This document shows, piece after piece, positions 1-13,598 of a DNA stretch of 64,000 bases. The notes beneath the pieces were generated by a model, which searched no databases, was not told where the DNA came from, and was given only the letters and a program-made list of their open reading frames with translations. A program made the translations under genes and the position numbers. Origin of the DNA: Octopus bimaculoides (lineage: Eukaryota); contig NC_068987.1 of NCBI RefSeq assembly GCF_001194135.2, positions 109,606,982-109,670,981 on the forward strand. Reading direction: 5' to 3'. Position 1 is the stretch's first letter. Each line of letters opens with the position of its first letter.

Positions 1-69
<69 letters not shown>

Positions 70-2307
70 ATGTATGGTGCTGTGTGACAATCTGGATTCG
101 TTGTACTCTCTCCAGTGTCCAGAATATTCCCATATGCTTGTGGATTCTGGTATTAGCTACATCACAGACGAGTCTGGTGGAATCAGTCAGATTTGACAGT
201 AGCTGTTCCTGAACACTTCATGGTGGTGATATGTATCCCAATCCCGGAAGCAACAGCTCTGGATTTTAACATCGCCCCATCGTTGTCTCAAAGCTGACTC
301 GTTTGCCGCCATATTGACAATGAAAATGCTTTGTAAAGGTCTCGTAAAATCATGGAATATACAAAGTTATATAAAAACGAAGAGAATACCGAAGAAATTA
401 TACAACACACACTCTCACACACATTAATTATTCAAACTTGTGAACATATCGAAACAATATTTATTAAACGATATAATCTATAAATCTATAAAGAAAAACA
501 ACACAAGAAGCAAATGAGAGCACGTCATACGTACGCAAGTGAGAGCTTGCAACATAAATTAGACCAGAGCTCCTACGTCCCTCGACTTTATTCCCCTGTC
601 ACTCAGCGCATTGGAACTTGGTGTACACAAGGCGCTCGCGAATATTTTCTCTGTTAAACGGGGCAAGTAATACTACTTGCTCCGTTCTTGGGCTGGAATT
701 TTCTAGTTTATTATGGATTATTGATGTGGTTTTCACCAATAGCTTAGCCACTGACTGTTTGTTGAACTCTGGTTCTATTTCATCCCTTTCCGTTCTCCAT
801 TTAACTTATCGTCTTCATCGCCAAACTTAAAAATCTTCGATCATATTTATGAAGACACAGCTAGTTAATCAAACGACCGTGAAACTCGAATCTTCTTGAA
901 CAAAACATCCTCGTACGTTCAACTCACGTTTTTTTCGGCTACATTTTTCTTTTTGAAAGGTCTTTCCTCTTTTCTTTTATTCTTTCTATTTCTCTCAATA
1001 ATTTGTCACTCCTGTTCATTGTTCATCTCCTCCTCATCGTCGCAAGACAATAGGTTAATGCTTCTGGTCATAAGTGGGAGCGTGGGGTCCCTGAATGAGC
1101 GAGGCAGCGTCTTCCGCTACAACTTGTAATACTTTGATTACAAAAGATTCTGTAATTTGCTGTTGTTGTTGCGTCTGTCTCTGTTGTTCTCTTCTTTTCT
1201 GTTTTGCAAGATCCATCAAAGTAAATCTTCTTTTGATCGTTGCTTCCACACTTGTAGTAGCTGGATTCCTCATTTGAATCATCTACGTCATTGCTTTTTT
1301 TCCCCCTTAGCCACAACGGAAAACTGCTTCGGATTGGTACTATGGTCCTCAGAGGAGGAGATTAATGGGACTATTTGTCTGTGCATACCTACCCAACCAC
1401 ATGTCGTTTCTAGTTGTTGCACCACTCACCACCAGCCCATAATGTGTCGTTATGGTGACAACGACCCAAGAGCCAACCTTATTACAAACATCCATAACCG
1501 CGACCCTCTTGTTGTATCAACCTATGTATTGAGGAAGTCATCGATGGGCATATGTCTCTTTCGCCGAGTCTAGTCCTACCCGACCGATGTTGAAAATATA
1601 GCTGCATACTTCGGCCAGGACTACTTCTAGTTGTTACTTTGAGGTCATTAAAGAAAACTCCTGTACTTTTAGAGATGAACTCCCATTTTTGTTTGCTCAG
1701 CGATAAAGACCCCAGACAAGGAGGTGTTTTCCCTGTGCCATGTGCCTCTCCTATTTAAATCTATTCTATTAGGTTATTCGTGTTTATCGCCTCAGCTGCT
1801 ATCGACAAAACTGTTTTCCTCGTTTGGCAAAATATGTATGCATTCGCGGTTGCTGTCGCAGTTGTTATTGTAACTGCTGCGGTTGTACTGTTGTTTTTGG
1901 TGACGGCAATGTTGTTACTACTGCTGCTGTTTAATGCCTTTGTTCAAAACTGTTCAAACTGACATTTTTAATTGCTAAATTATTACTTTTCGTGTACAAA
2001 AAGTGGGTTTTGCTCTAAAATTAAATTTGCTCTTTTATTTGTTTGTTTGTTCGTTTTCTGCGTAGTTATGTTTAATTTCCCTTTTTTATTGTGTTTTTGT
2101 TTTTGGTTTTTGACAAGGAAACATCTTAAGTTGAATGTGAACACAAAACAGAAAAATATAACTCTACCCCATCCCAATAAATGACAGACTTTATGTCTCC
2201 CTTGGCGAGAGGTAAACGTACAGCGCATTCCCAGAGCTTTTTTTGTTGGAAATTATCCAAAAAGAAATGTTTTCCCTTCAGTTGTGCTCAGCACAAAAAT
2301 ATAAATA

Positions 2308-2381
<74 letters not shown>

Positions 2382-3146
2382 AATTCTCGGAAAGAAACGA
2401 AGATACATCTGCTCACGGCAACATTTAATGATACTAATAATAATAATTCACGTATATATTCAATTATTGGCAAAAATGATTTTTCTAAACTATAACACAA
2501 CGTACATATATGCACGCAGAATACTACAGATGCACACACGCACGCATTTTTATGCAACACAGTTTGATAAATGTTCTGTAAGGAAATTGTTACTTACGAT
2601 ATCCTGTGGAAGCAAACGATTGCAATTCAGAGAGGAAAGAGATGGGAAAAATAGGCATTATTAGTTAGAATGAGCGGGAAGAAAAAGAACAGTATTATTA
2701 ATCTCGAGAATATTTTTTTTTCTCTTGTAAACTTATGGACAGATTTACACAGACATAATAAGTAAAATAAATAAATAAAAACGGGAAAAGGGAAATAAAA
2801 AAATCACTTAAGACAGATTAGCTAAAGTAATATTTCTTATTAGATACGCTACTGTCTTGGAAGCTTAGCTACCTACTGTCAGTACCCCGATAATCTATAG
2901 CGTATAGCGTGAAAACTATGTGCGGGTATGTCCGGACAATGCATACGTAAGAATCAATTCAAATATGAAATAGATGCAGCGCTAGTGCAATAAAACATTA
3001 CCGACCACATATACTTAACGAACATGCATCGTGTATTTGCCGCTAGGCTCCGATTTGGCGTGGTGGAGAATACTCTCTCAAAACGCCAAGAGTTAAAACG
3101 CCAAGAGTTAAAACGCCTGAAAGTCATGGACATGCGAGATAACTAG

Positions 3147-3203
<57 letters not shown>

Positions 3204-3884
3204 TTGTCTGTCTGTCTGTCTATATTAATGTATTAATGTTTGATTTTGTGTTCGGTGACAATGGTTTCAAATTTTGTCATAAGGGCAGCAGTTTTGAGGA
3301 AAGGTATGAGTGGATTACATCAACTCCAGTGTTCAATTGGTATTATTTTATCGACCTCGAAAGGATGAAAGGCAAAGTCGACCTCGGCGGAATTTGAATG
3401 TTCAGTGATAATAAAAAACAAAAACAATTTTGCATTAATCTGATCGGTTAATCTATACTTGTGTACAATACAAATTTATTATTCTTAAGCAGGAATGTTG
3501 TTGACAGAATCTTCGAAGTTTCAGCAAGCGGATGCTTTATATGAACAGACTATCAACCAAATTCAATTCATCATATAATTGTTTTAGTTAGTCGCAAGAT
3601 CATGAATAAGTGACATAAAATTGTTGATACTAATCTTTTTAATGTCTTAGTCAGAGTGTGAAGAGTGCTACCTGTAGGCCTCTTTATGGCTTCCGAGAAT
3701 TGTGGGCCACCGATAAACTGAACGGAATATACTTTGCCAATGTCACTGAAAGGTCAGGTGATGGACATAAAGTTAGCGATGGATTAAGTTTACTACCCAA
3801 GAGCAGGAAAGATCTTCTTGTAGTCTTCCACTTAATTTCTGCCAACAACATTTCATTCACAGCCTATACAGAATTTGTACAATA

Positions 3885-4065
3885 GAGTTTATACAACAGA
3901 ATTTCCTGTATTTACTCAACAAAATATCCCTATATTTGCACAACAATAGCTTCTTGTATTTACATAACAAAACACTTCTGTCTTTACACAACAAAATATC
4001 CATGTTGTTACACAACAAAAATTTTCGTTTTTATACAAACAGATTTCTTCATACGTACAACCATA
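3885..4065. repeat. About 24-bp degenerate minisatellite (tttacacaacaaaatat...)
   Basis: acaacaaaa recurs at about 24-bp spacing. Confidence 0.6.
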
Positions 4066-4840
4066 GCTACGTCTGACATTTCAAAAATAAAATGTCTGGT
4101 TTGTTACAACATACACTACTCAGACAAAATCTTAGTAGCTCTGTAGTATTTGCGAAACAGCAGTCTTGAGAAAATAGTGATAATTCATATCAAATATTTG
4201 TAGCTAGTTTACAATATTCACACTGCAAGCTTGCTAATTTAGTTATACATACTTGTTTGGTATTTTCGTTTATAAGGCAATCAGAGAATTAGGGTTAGCA
4301 TGCATGTTATTTGCGCGGTCTTCCAGATTGATGTAGTTGACGCTAAACTTGAATATCTATAGACTGGCGTTTGTAGGAAATATTGAGGCTGTGTTGGTGG
4401 TGGTTGAGAGTTTCCAGAGGGATATACTTCCGAGAAAGAAAGATTCGGCAAAACATACAGTGCAGGGCCTGGTATACGAGACACAGTAAAGTGAAGGGAG
4501 AAGGAAAGTTGAGTAGTATTTGTGGGCCTACGTGGAAGGAGTATGCAAATAACGAAATTAGAGGAGTAGAAGCCATTGCAGTAGTGGTAGGAAATAGATA
4601 TATAGATAGAGATGAGGAAATAGATAGATAGACAGAGATGAGGAGAGAGAAAGAGTTAGAGAAAAGGCGAGAAAGAGAGAGAAAGAGATGAAATGCGTCT
4701 GTGATCTAATGGTTGTAGTGTGTTCGTGATTAAGTAGTTGATAAGCTGTTTGCTTTCTTTTGGATACGGTCGTGTCGGTTATTTTTAATTTGCTAACGAA
4801 ATAGATTTAACATGAAGGACAAGCAAATGTTAAACCTTAC

Positions 4841-4942
4841 CATACTGTTCATGGACACCAGTTCTTGTTTGTGTTTGAGAAATAACTTGACGACTTCAGA
4901 GTGGTCATTTTTGGCAGCCAAGTGAAGAGGCGTTTGACCAAG
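4841..4942 (-). CDS. TRPN1: TRPN1-like exon (LGQTPLHLAAKNDHSEVVKLFLKHKQELVSMNSM); most 3' exon in window
   Basis: ttctgcag acceptor, GTAAGG donor, 102 nt. Confidence 0.94.
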
Positions 4943-5005
4943 CTGCAGAAAAACAAATACATATAAGTTTCTATTCAAGATATTTAAGATAATTTAGTAT
5001 GTTAA

Positions 5006-5263
5006 AGAAGTGATTTTTAAATTCTCAAACGCAGGATAATGCTAATAATATAGCCTGAACAGGATTAAAATGGCGGGAAGATGCGTGGTGTGGGCAGTTT
5101 AGCTTAATCGGTCTAAGAGCACCGCGACGCGTAATCACGGAGGTGTGAGTTCGAGTCTCATAGCTGGCGGCCAACACTTTTTTCTGCAAATTGGGGGTAG
5201 CTTATCCTGTTCAGGCTATATTATTAGCATTATCCTGCGTTCGAGAATTTAAAAATCACTTCT
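5006..5263. mobile_element. Non-autonomous TIR element, Kolobok-like, carrying a tRNA-like cassette
   Basis: 60-bp TIRs (5006-5065 and 5204-5263) with 1 mismatch; 5'-AG...CT-3' termini; TTAA on both sides (5002-5005, 5264-5267). Confidence 0.75.
5093..5169 (+). tRNA. tRNA-like sequence/pseudogene; nominal anticodon CGT (Thr)
   Basis: Hand-folded cloverleaf: acceptor ggcagtt/agctggc (one G:G), D stem gctt/gagc, T stem gtgag/ctcat with TTCGAGT loop; T6 at 5178-5183. Atypical 6-bp anticodon stem and G33. Confidence 0.55.
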
Positions 5264-6052
5264 TTAACTTTCTAAGACATCTCAACGGTTCTAAAAGCAA
5301 ACTTCGTTTGTTTGTTTAAGTTTATCGTATTGAATTTAACATAATTTAGTATATTTCTGATGTCAATAGACAAAAAGAAAAAAACAATTAATGAAACCAA
5401 CTGTCACTAAACTTGATGGACTAACCAACTAAAGAGAAAAGATTTTATTGTGTGACGTCGAATATACCAATTTTTGACATCGACAGGCTAGCTCTGATTT
5501 TTAAGTGATATTGCATGCATGAAGTTTGAAGGTTATAACTTAGCTGTTATATTTGACTATTACTTGACAAACCAGTTAATATTTTTACCCGTGAAGTGAT
5601 ACCCCAGTTAGTAACTTTAACTGTTTCAATAAGTTTTACTGTCAAGTAATATAAGCGTTGTGTTTTTTCTACAAGTATTTTCATGGTCATTGCTTTGATG
5701 AACTTCGTGGTTTAGTCCTTTCTGTCAATACTTTTAAACGTGTCACCCGCTTCTCTTGCCATTTGCATCGATTCTCTGTTGAACTTTTTGTTAGTCATAA
5801 TTTCTTTTATTCTTTTAGTTTACTTCCTCGAACAGCCATCAACTTGTTCTTTTTCTTCTGTTATATTTAATCCCTTAAACTTCCTGTCAATAAGCCCCTT
5901 TTTTTTGTCCCTTATGCTAAAATGGCCTCAAGAATTATTTGGGACAAGATCATATTAAAATAAATACTAACCAGTAAATTTGACTAACAAGCGATATGCG
6001 AATTTACAATTTTTGGTCGGTGATATACAATTTACAAAGTATGACTATAAAG

Positions 6053-6235
6053 CGGTGCTCCGCAACCGTTTCCCTTGCGGGATACGTATATTCTTTTCAA
6101 AATTCGGCGGCACATTTGAACTAAAAATATAACTAAAAGTATAGGGGAAAAATTATATTCAGGTTACATTGTGGCACATCTATCATCGTCTCGTGGTTCA
6201 CTAGTGTGCCGCGGCATACCGGTTGCGGAGCACTA
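6053..6235. mobile_element. hAT-type MITE
   Basis: TIR cggtgctccgcaaccg / cggttgcggagcacta; exact 8-bp TSD ctataaag (6045-6052, 6236-6243). Confidence 0.85.
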
Positions 6236-7157
6236 CTATAAAGTGATATACCAACAAGTAAATTTGACTGTCTAATGTGATATTTTATTTTACTGTCAAG
6301 CGATATATCAGTTAATAAGGGAGTAGCTAATAATATGCTTGTTAATAATCTTTACCATCGAGTGATATGTCAATTATGTGTTTAATTATCAGCGATATAT
6401 CAGTTATTCAGTTCGACTTTTAAATGGCATGTAAGTTACTAAGTTTGACTGTTACGCAATATACAACAGTATTTGAAATTCTAAGTGAGCACATGTCACT
6501 TCAAAACGAGACCGTGCCACTTCAAATAAGATTAAGACTTCAAAATGTGATTTTGTCACTTTAAAGTGAAGATAGCAATTTTAAAGAGAAATTAACTCAG
6601 AATAATGTAATAGAAAAATATAACATCACAACGGTGTTTTATTAGTGATTTTATTCCAAATCCAATCTTATCTCTTCACTTATCTTCCGCAAAGCAATTG
6701 AAGAATTGTTATTCATTAACGTGTATGGATATGCTTCTCATCATTATGCTATAAAATGCATCTACCACTTACCTTGCCTTTATATATATTTAAAACGGTT
6801 CTGTCTGCAATCTTTCAATTAATGTTTATGGATAGAGAAAGGTAGAGACTGATCTATGATCCTAACAATCCATGAGCTGAGAACAAACGATCTTGGATAC
6901 TAGCGTCTTTGTCCACAAAAAAAAAAGCATAAGCTAAACAAGGGAAATAACTTTTTGCATTACTGCGTACATAATTTGATTTCCTGTCACTGAAAAATAG
7001 TGTTTTTTTTCTTTCGTTTAGTTTTATTTATAACATCACAGCAACTTACACTCCGACTGATGACGTATTCCTTGCTATATTTCTATGTAAAGATGCATGG
7101 TTGATGAGTAATTAAAACAAAGTAGATTTAAGTTTTCTTAGAGTGAAATGTGTTATC

Positions 7158-7350
7158 GTTGAAATCGCTATTCTCACTTTTATGTGATGTACTCACGTTG
7201 AAATAGCGATTAACACTTTGAAGTAACGTACTCACATTGAAATAGCTATTTTCACTTTGAAGCAACATGCTCACGTTGCAAATCACTATCCTCACTTTGA
7301 AGTAACGCGCTCATGTTGAAATCTTTATTCTCACTTTGAAGTGACGTGTG
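7158..7350. repeat. 39-bp minisatellite, about 5 degenerate units
   Basis: Recurring unit ttgaaatagctattctcactttgaagtaacgtactcacg. Confidence 0.75.
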
Positions 7351-7892
7351 TTTCCTCTCGAATTACAAATATTCTTTTACTAAAATTAACAGACATATTA
7401 TGTTAGCTATACTAAGTTTGAAAAGGCCAATTATTCACCAGTGAAACATTAACTCCCATCAAAGAAATGATAATTATTTATAATACAGGCGAGAGGACTT
7501 CACGTTTCAAGGAAGAGGGTTTTATCATGCTGTGACGCTTTTGATAAATTATCTGTTAGCAAACTTGCTACAGTTATAAACTATTAAGGAACCAATCGAT
7601 GATCGATCAACTTTTCAGATTTGATAATACAAAATTAGTTCGCGACAACATAGATATTACACAATGAAGTTTGCCCCACGAGGAATTTTGTACTTTTGGC
7701 GAGTGTTTATATTTTATTTGTTTAGTTTTATAAATCCGTTTCATAGGCCGTTTTCGGGTTTTGACGATTGTTTTATAAGGACAATCGCCAAAACCCGACA
7801 GCGGCCTATCAAAAATAAAACCACTTCTGCATTTGATGTCATAGTGTTAATCAGACAAGAGATAATTCTTCTCTGGAAATATGACACAATTA

Positions 7893-8112
7893 TACGAGAG
7901 GGTGCTGAAAAATTGCAGACTTTAAGAGTATCGCGAGAGGCCTGATTGGAGGTCCAACCTTTCGAGTTCTTTTACAGGGCTTAGGAAAACTGAAGGACCG
8001 CTACAATAAGTGTGTGAATCTGAGAGGGGAACGTGTTGAATAAAATCATAATTAACTGATCCACTGGAATTTTCTTTTACCCAAATCCAGGAACTTTTCA
8101 GCACCCCTCGTA
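7893..8112 (+). mobile_element. Mariner-derived MITE
   Basis: ta-cgagagggtgctgaaaa...ttttcagcacccctcg-ta TIRs; internal KLKDRYNKCVNLRGERVE* resembles a mariner transposase C-terminus. Confidence 0.85.
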
Positions 8113-8527
8113 TTGCAAGGAACATATAGACTTGTTCGTATTCCCAAAAGCTGAAGAACATAGAATTAAGTTTAATTCTACGAAGATAACGGAACTCCAC
8201 ATTTACAGTAAATTTCAACTTTTGATCGATTGGCTTCGAATCCAATAAGTTTAGGTATTCGTCTTCTTTCTTCATACTTTAAATATTTCGAGAGATCGAA
8301 GGAAACTTTATGTAGTCGTTAGATTTTGTTATACAAAAAAAAAAAACCCAAACCTTTCTCAAATTACAAGTTTCCGTTTAAATAAAGAGAGGACACCGTA
8401 TCCTTGATACAGTGTCTTAAATGAAGATGAGTACTTAAGGCTGGAACATCTTTGGTGGTAGATCTCCTTAACCAGGAATGATCTGAGGTTAAACAATATT
8501 TTCTTATATTTTCACAAAGCCGGAAAT

Positions 8528-8572
<45 letters not shown>

Positions 8573-9937
8573 GTGAGAGAGAGAGAGAGAGAGAGATTGA
8601 GAGAAATTGAGAAAGAGATGAACAATCGACTATATTGATCCCAGTACTTGATTAATACTTATTCTATAGATCTCGAAAAGATGAAGGATAAAATGGTTCA
8701 TGGCAGGATTTGAACTCAAGACGAAAAGAACTACAACTAAATGCCACAATGAATTTCGTCCGATTCTAACGATTCTGCCATTCACCACTCTTAACACAGG
8801 TCGACAGGTCTCGATTGTGGCCCAGGTAGATGCATTTAATTTATGGGCGTTTGCTGGGGGTCTAATGTCACTCAAACGCTCCGATAACCCCCAGAATGCA
8901 AGAGGACTAATAGTCCAACTAATGACTTTTCAGATGATGTAAAACTTGCCACTATTGTATACTAAGAAGATATTTTAACTATTTTTTGTTTTTTATGTGT
9001 GCATAGTAGTCTCATTTTCATAAAATTTGCTCATCAGTCCATGCTATGTAAGTGCAAATCCCAGCGCTTTATGGCTTAATTGAGATCAAATAACCGTATC
9101 AATTTTTCGTACAAATCAAGCAGTTTTTAAGTGGAGGAGGAAATCGATTACATCGACACCAGCGCTCGACTGATACTATTTTTAATCGATCCCGAAAGGA
9201 TAGTAGGCAATGTCGACCCGGCAGACTGAGCCCAGAACTCAAAGAATCGGAAGAAATATCATTAAGCATTTTTTCTGACTTGTTAACGATTGTACCTGTC
9301 TGCTTGTTGGTAAATAATGATTTCTAACTTATGCGTAGGGCCACATATTTTGGAGGGGGAAATAATCGATATATCGACCTTAGTATAAGTATGGTGCTTA
9401 CTGAGTCGACACCGGCAAAATCAAAGTCTATTTTGACGGTGAGGATTCAATTATTTTCAGCTCATTTAATTAGCATGTAAGCGACTGAGTATACCACAGA
9501 CCAGACACGTATACCTTAAACGTAATTCGCACGCAAAATCAGAATGACATATTGTGACAAGAATGTACCTTTCTATAACAGGAACAATCTATCCGACGAG
9601 TTTCAATAGAGTTTCTGTCAACGCAAGCTTACACACAATGTATGAGTCGATTCCAAGTTGAAGAAAATAATATTTCCTCATGATACCAGCAGTGAGATCG
9701 AACGTGAAACCTTGTAATTGCCCAGCAAACTTCTTAACGATTCCATCCTTTTACGCTTCCCTCTCTCTCTCCCTCCCTCTCTCTCTCCCATCCTCTCTCT
9801 CCCTCCCTNNNNNNNNNNNNNNNNNNNNNNNNNNNNNNNNNNNNNNNNNNNNNNNNNNNNNNNNNNNNNNNNNNNNNNNNNNNNNNNNNNNNNNNNNNNN
9901 NNNNNNNNNNNNNNNNNNNNNNNNNNNNNNNNNNNNN

Positions 9938-9993
<56 letters not shown>

Positions 9994-10115
9994 TATATTA
10001 TATATTATATATATATGTATATTATATATATATATATAAATATATTATATATTGTATATATGAATATTATATATTATATATATAAATATATTATATATTA
10101 TATATATAAATATAT

Positions 10116-10153
<38 letters not shown>

Positions 10154-10647
10154 AAATGAGAAACCAGTAAATGAATTATAGATATGATTCATAATTCCAA
10201 ATGGGTGTGCACGCACGATCACGTCCATACACACAAGCCTGCACTCACCCACTTACACATATTCACTCACACGCACAAACATACAAATACTTGGATACAC
10301 TCACTTTTTCATAATAATAATAAAAAGCCCCACCCACTTAAATACATAGAGACGTTCATTCGCTGACACTTACACACACCCGCACACCCGCATATACATT
10401 CATTCTTTCATATACGGAAGTAGACACACATTCACTGACACAACCAAGCTCATAAGATATACATACACACATTGTACCACGGGCATACACGTACATATAA
10501 CACAAATAAATAAACCCAAATACACATTATTCCCTCACAAACATACATGCACTCTCATATACAGACGCTTACCGGCACATATTCTCTCACACCCGCACGT
10601 ACTCACATTAAAAGAAATGCAATAAAGGAAGAGATTTTAATACAGAC

Positions 10648-10848
10648 CAGCGTAAGGGCATCAATCGATGCATTGTGTTTCTCAATGAGTAACTTTACTA
10701 AGTTACAGTAGCCATTTTGTGCGGCTAAATGAAGTGGCGTCACTCCGATTTTGGATTTTGCATTCACAAAAGCTTTATATTCCAGCAATAAATCTGCAAC
10801 TTCTTCATGACCATTCTCTGCTGCTAAATGCAATGCTGCTTTTCCATG
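10648..10848 (-). CDS. TRPN1: TRPN1-like double-ankyrin exon (HGKAALHLAAENGH...KAFVNAKSKIGVTPLHLAAQNGY...HNASIDALTL)
   Basis: tttccag acceptor, GTCTGT donor, 201 nt; KAFVNAKS and HNAxIDxLTL motifs as in NompC. Confidence 0.95.
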
Positions 10849-10959
10849 CTGGAAACAGAATAAAAAAGAATCAGGAACGAGTTAATAAATATAAAGCAAA
10901 AAAGTGGAAATATTTTTATCTGTAAAATAGCGAATCATTGGGAAGTATTTGCTGAGACT

Positions 10960-11700
10960 TGTATAAGTTTTACGAAAATAGGTTTAGTAACAGCCAAAAT
11001 AAGATTGGCAATTGTCAAAGTAGGACCGAGAACTCTTAGAATAGAATTGGCAATTGTCAAGGAGTGACAACTGTTAAAACAGGACTGGCAGTTGTCAAAA
11101 CTAGGACTGGCAATTGCCAATGTAGAATTGACTACTGTAAATTGACAGTCGTCAGAATGGGATTGGCAATCTTCGAAGTAGGATTGAAAATAGAATTGAA
11201 AGCTGTCAAAAGAGAATTGAAAATCGTTAATAATTGATTGGAAATTATCAAAAATAGTATCTGCAACCTACGAAATAAGATTGGTAACCTTAAAAATAGG
11301 TTAGTTAGTAGAATTCTTATTTGTAAAGAAGATAGGCAACCATCGAAAATATAGTTATTTAGCCGCACAAAATAGGTTATCATCGGCCGTCAAAATTGAC
11401 AGTTGTCAAAATAGAACTTGCCATTGTCAAAATAGAACTTGCCATTGTCAAAATAGAACATGCCGTTGTCAAAATATAATGTTGGTAAGAGTTAAAGTAA
11501 TTTTACTAGCGTCATGCTCGATTGGCAATCATCACAATATTACTGACCACCGTCAAAAAAAAAAAAAAAAAAAAAAGAATTAGCAACTGTTAAAATAGAA
11601 TTAGCAACCATGAAAAATAGAAATTGTAATTACCAAAATAACATTAGCAGTTATCAAAATAGAATTCACAATCGTCAAAATAAGTTTCACAACAGTCGAA
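10960..11700. repeat. Degenerate 21-bp minisatellite (aaaatagaattggcaattgtc)
   Basis: Many diverged units, with exact triplication at about 11408-11470. Confidence 0.8.
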
Positions 11701-12557
11701 AATTGTCTTTTGCCTTGAGGGCTGATGAAATTTAGTACATGACCAGATATTTATAAGGAAGAGCTATAGAGAATTTAATCGCTTGCGGTGATATTTATTT
11801 TATTATCGATACTAATTTTATTATCGATCCCGGATTTGAAAGGCAAATTTAACTCAGTTTGATTTGAACTTAGGCTTGAACCCCCCTTCTCCCAAATGGG
11901 AAATCTAACGAATACTGCGTGACACATATTCTGACATTCTATCATAAATTTCGATCAGTTTTTCACCTGTGAATAAGTAATATTGAAATAATTCGTTTTT
12001 TAACGTTTGAACTCGAAATAGAAAAGCTATGGATAATAGCGAGGAAATATTGGGCTAAAATAGCTTTTAGTTAGAAAAATTCGAAGGTTGCTCGTGAGCT
12101 ACGAATCCCTTTCTGTAAAAATGACACATATTCTACAATTGGATCAAAGCAATCTTTCAAATTTCTCTACAAATTTCAGAAACTTTATTCTTACCAGCGA
12201 GAATTGTATGTTATTGACGATGACGTCATAAGAATTTAGAAACTTCGAGTGTACGTGAAATAATTTGTTTTTTTAACAGAATTTTTCTATCCAAGGTTTT
12301 TTAAACCCAATATTTATACGCTATTATTTGTAGTTTTTCTACTTCGAGTTCAATCATTAAAAACAAATTATTTCATGTTCAATCGAAGTTTCTAAATTCT
12401 CATGATATCAAACAACACTACTTTTAAACATAAAAACATAAAAAAAACATTGATTATATAAACTCCAGAATTTGGTTTGGACTTATTTTATCGTCCCACT
12501 CCACTCCACCTCGTGTAATAAACTTATAAAGAAATAGAGTTTTGTAGAGAATCTTAC

Positions 12558-12656
12558 CTCATCAAATACATCTATACGTGCGTTGTTCTGCAGGAGAATC
12601 TTGACAATTTCCAACTGGCCTTTCTCACTTGCAACTAGCAGAGGTGACCAACCATT
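12558..12656 (-). CDS. TRPN1: TRPN1-like exon (NGWSPLLVASEKGQLEIVKILLQNNARIDVFDE)
   Basis: ttgcag acceptor, GTAAGA donor, 99 nt; GWxPLL...ARxDVFD motif. Confidence 0.95.
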
Positions 12657-12895
12657 CTGCAAGAAGAAGAGGAAAAAAGAAAACAGAAAGAAAACAATTG
12701 AAGAATTTGGAGACGAAAAAGGGAGAAAGATCAGAAAGACGAATAAGGGTTTATAAAGTTTTAACACAACTTGGAAGAAATTTGTGTAACTGATTTAGTT
12801 GACTCTACAGTTCTATATTTAAGAGATGAGGAATTATGTACATTATTTACATTATTTACATTTGACGGATATTTGTCCTCATCTTGTTTGTTGTT

Positions 12896-12941
12896 AACAC
12901 AACGTTTCGGCTGATTTACCCTCCAGCCTCCATCAGGTGTC
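12896..12941 (-). ncRNA. Hammerhead motif with altered core (CTGATGG)
   Basis: Reverse-complement copy of 13599-13644 with A9->G. Confidence 0.6.
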
Positions 12942-12988
12942 TTGGGCAAATTTCGAACCTGGATTCTCATTTCTAAGGTATTTTTCGA

Positions 12989-13059
<71 letters not shown>

Positions 13060-13598
13060 CAGTGACCTGAATAATAATNNNNNNNNNNNNNNNNNNNNNN
13101 NNNNNNNNNNNNNNNNNNNNNNNNNNNNNNNNNNNNNNNNNNNNNNNNNNNNNNNNNNNNNNNNNNNNNNNNNNNNNNNNNNNNNNNNNNNNNNNNNNNN
13201 NNNNNNNNNNNNNNNNNNNNNNNNNNNNNNNNNNNNNNNNNNNNNNNNNNNNNNNNNNNNNNNNNNNNNNNNNNNNNNNNNNNNNNNNNNNNNNNNNNNN
13301 NNNNNNNNNNNNNNNNNNNNNNNNNNNNNNNNNNNNNNNNNNNNNNNNNNNNNNNNNNNNNNNNNNNNNNNGAACAAAACTGTACAAATCCAAATATATG
13401 GTACCCTAGGCATAACACCTACATGAACTTCTAACTTGTTGTCTCTTGAGGTCTCTGGGTGAGACTTGGATCCAACTTGTACAAATGCAAAGCAAAAGTC
13501 AAACATAAAATAATAATAATAATGATAATAATAATAATAATAATAATAACACCGAAAAATACATTAGGAATGAGAACCCAGATTCGAAATTTCCCCAA

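Noticed and set aside
255-285. Possible 2A-like GDVxxNPGP motif on the - strand
   Set aside because: Needs a 4-nt deletion plus loss of GP; too degenerate
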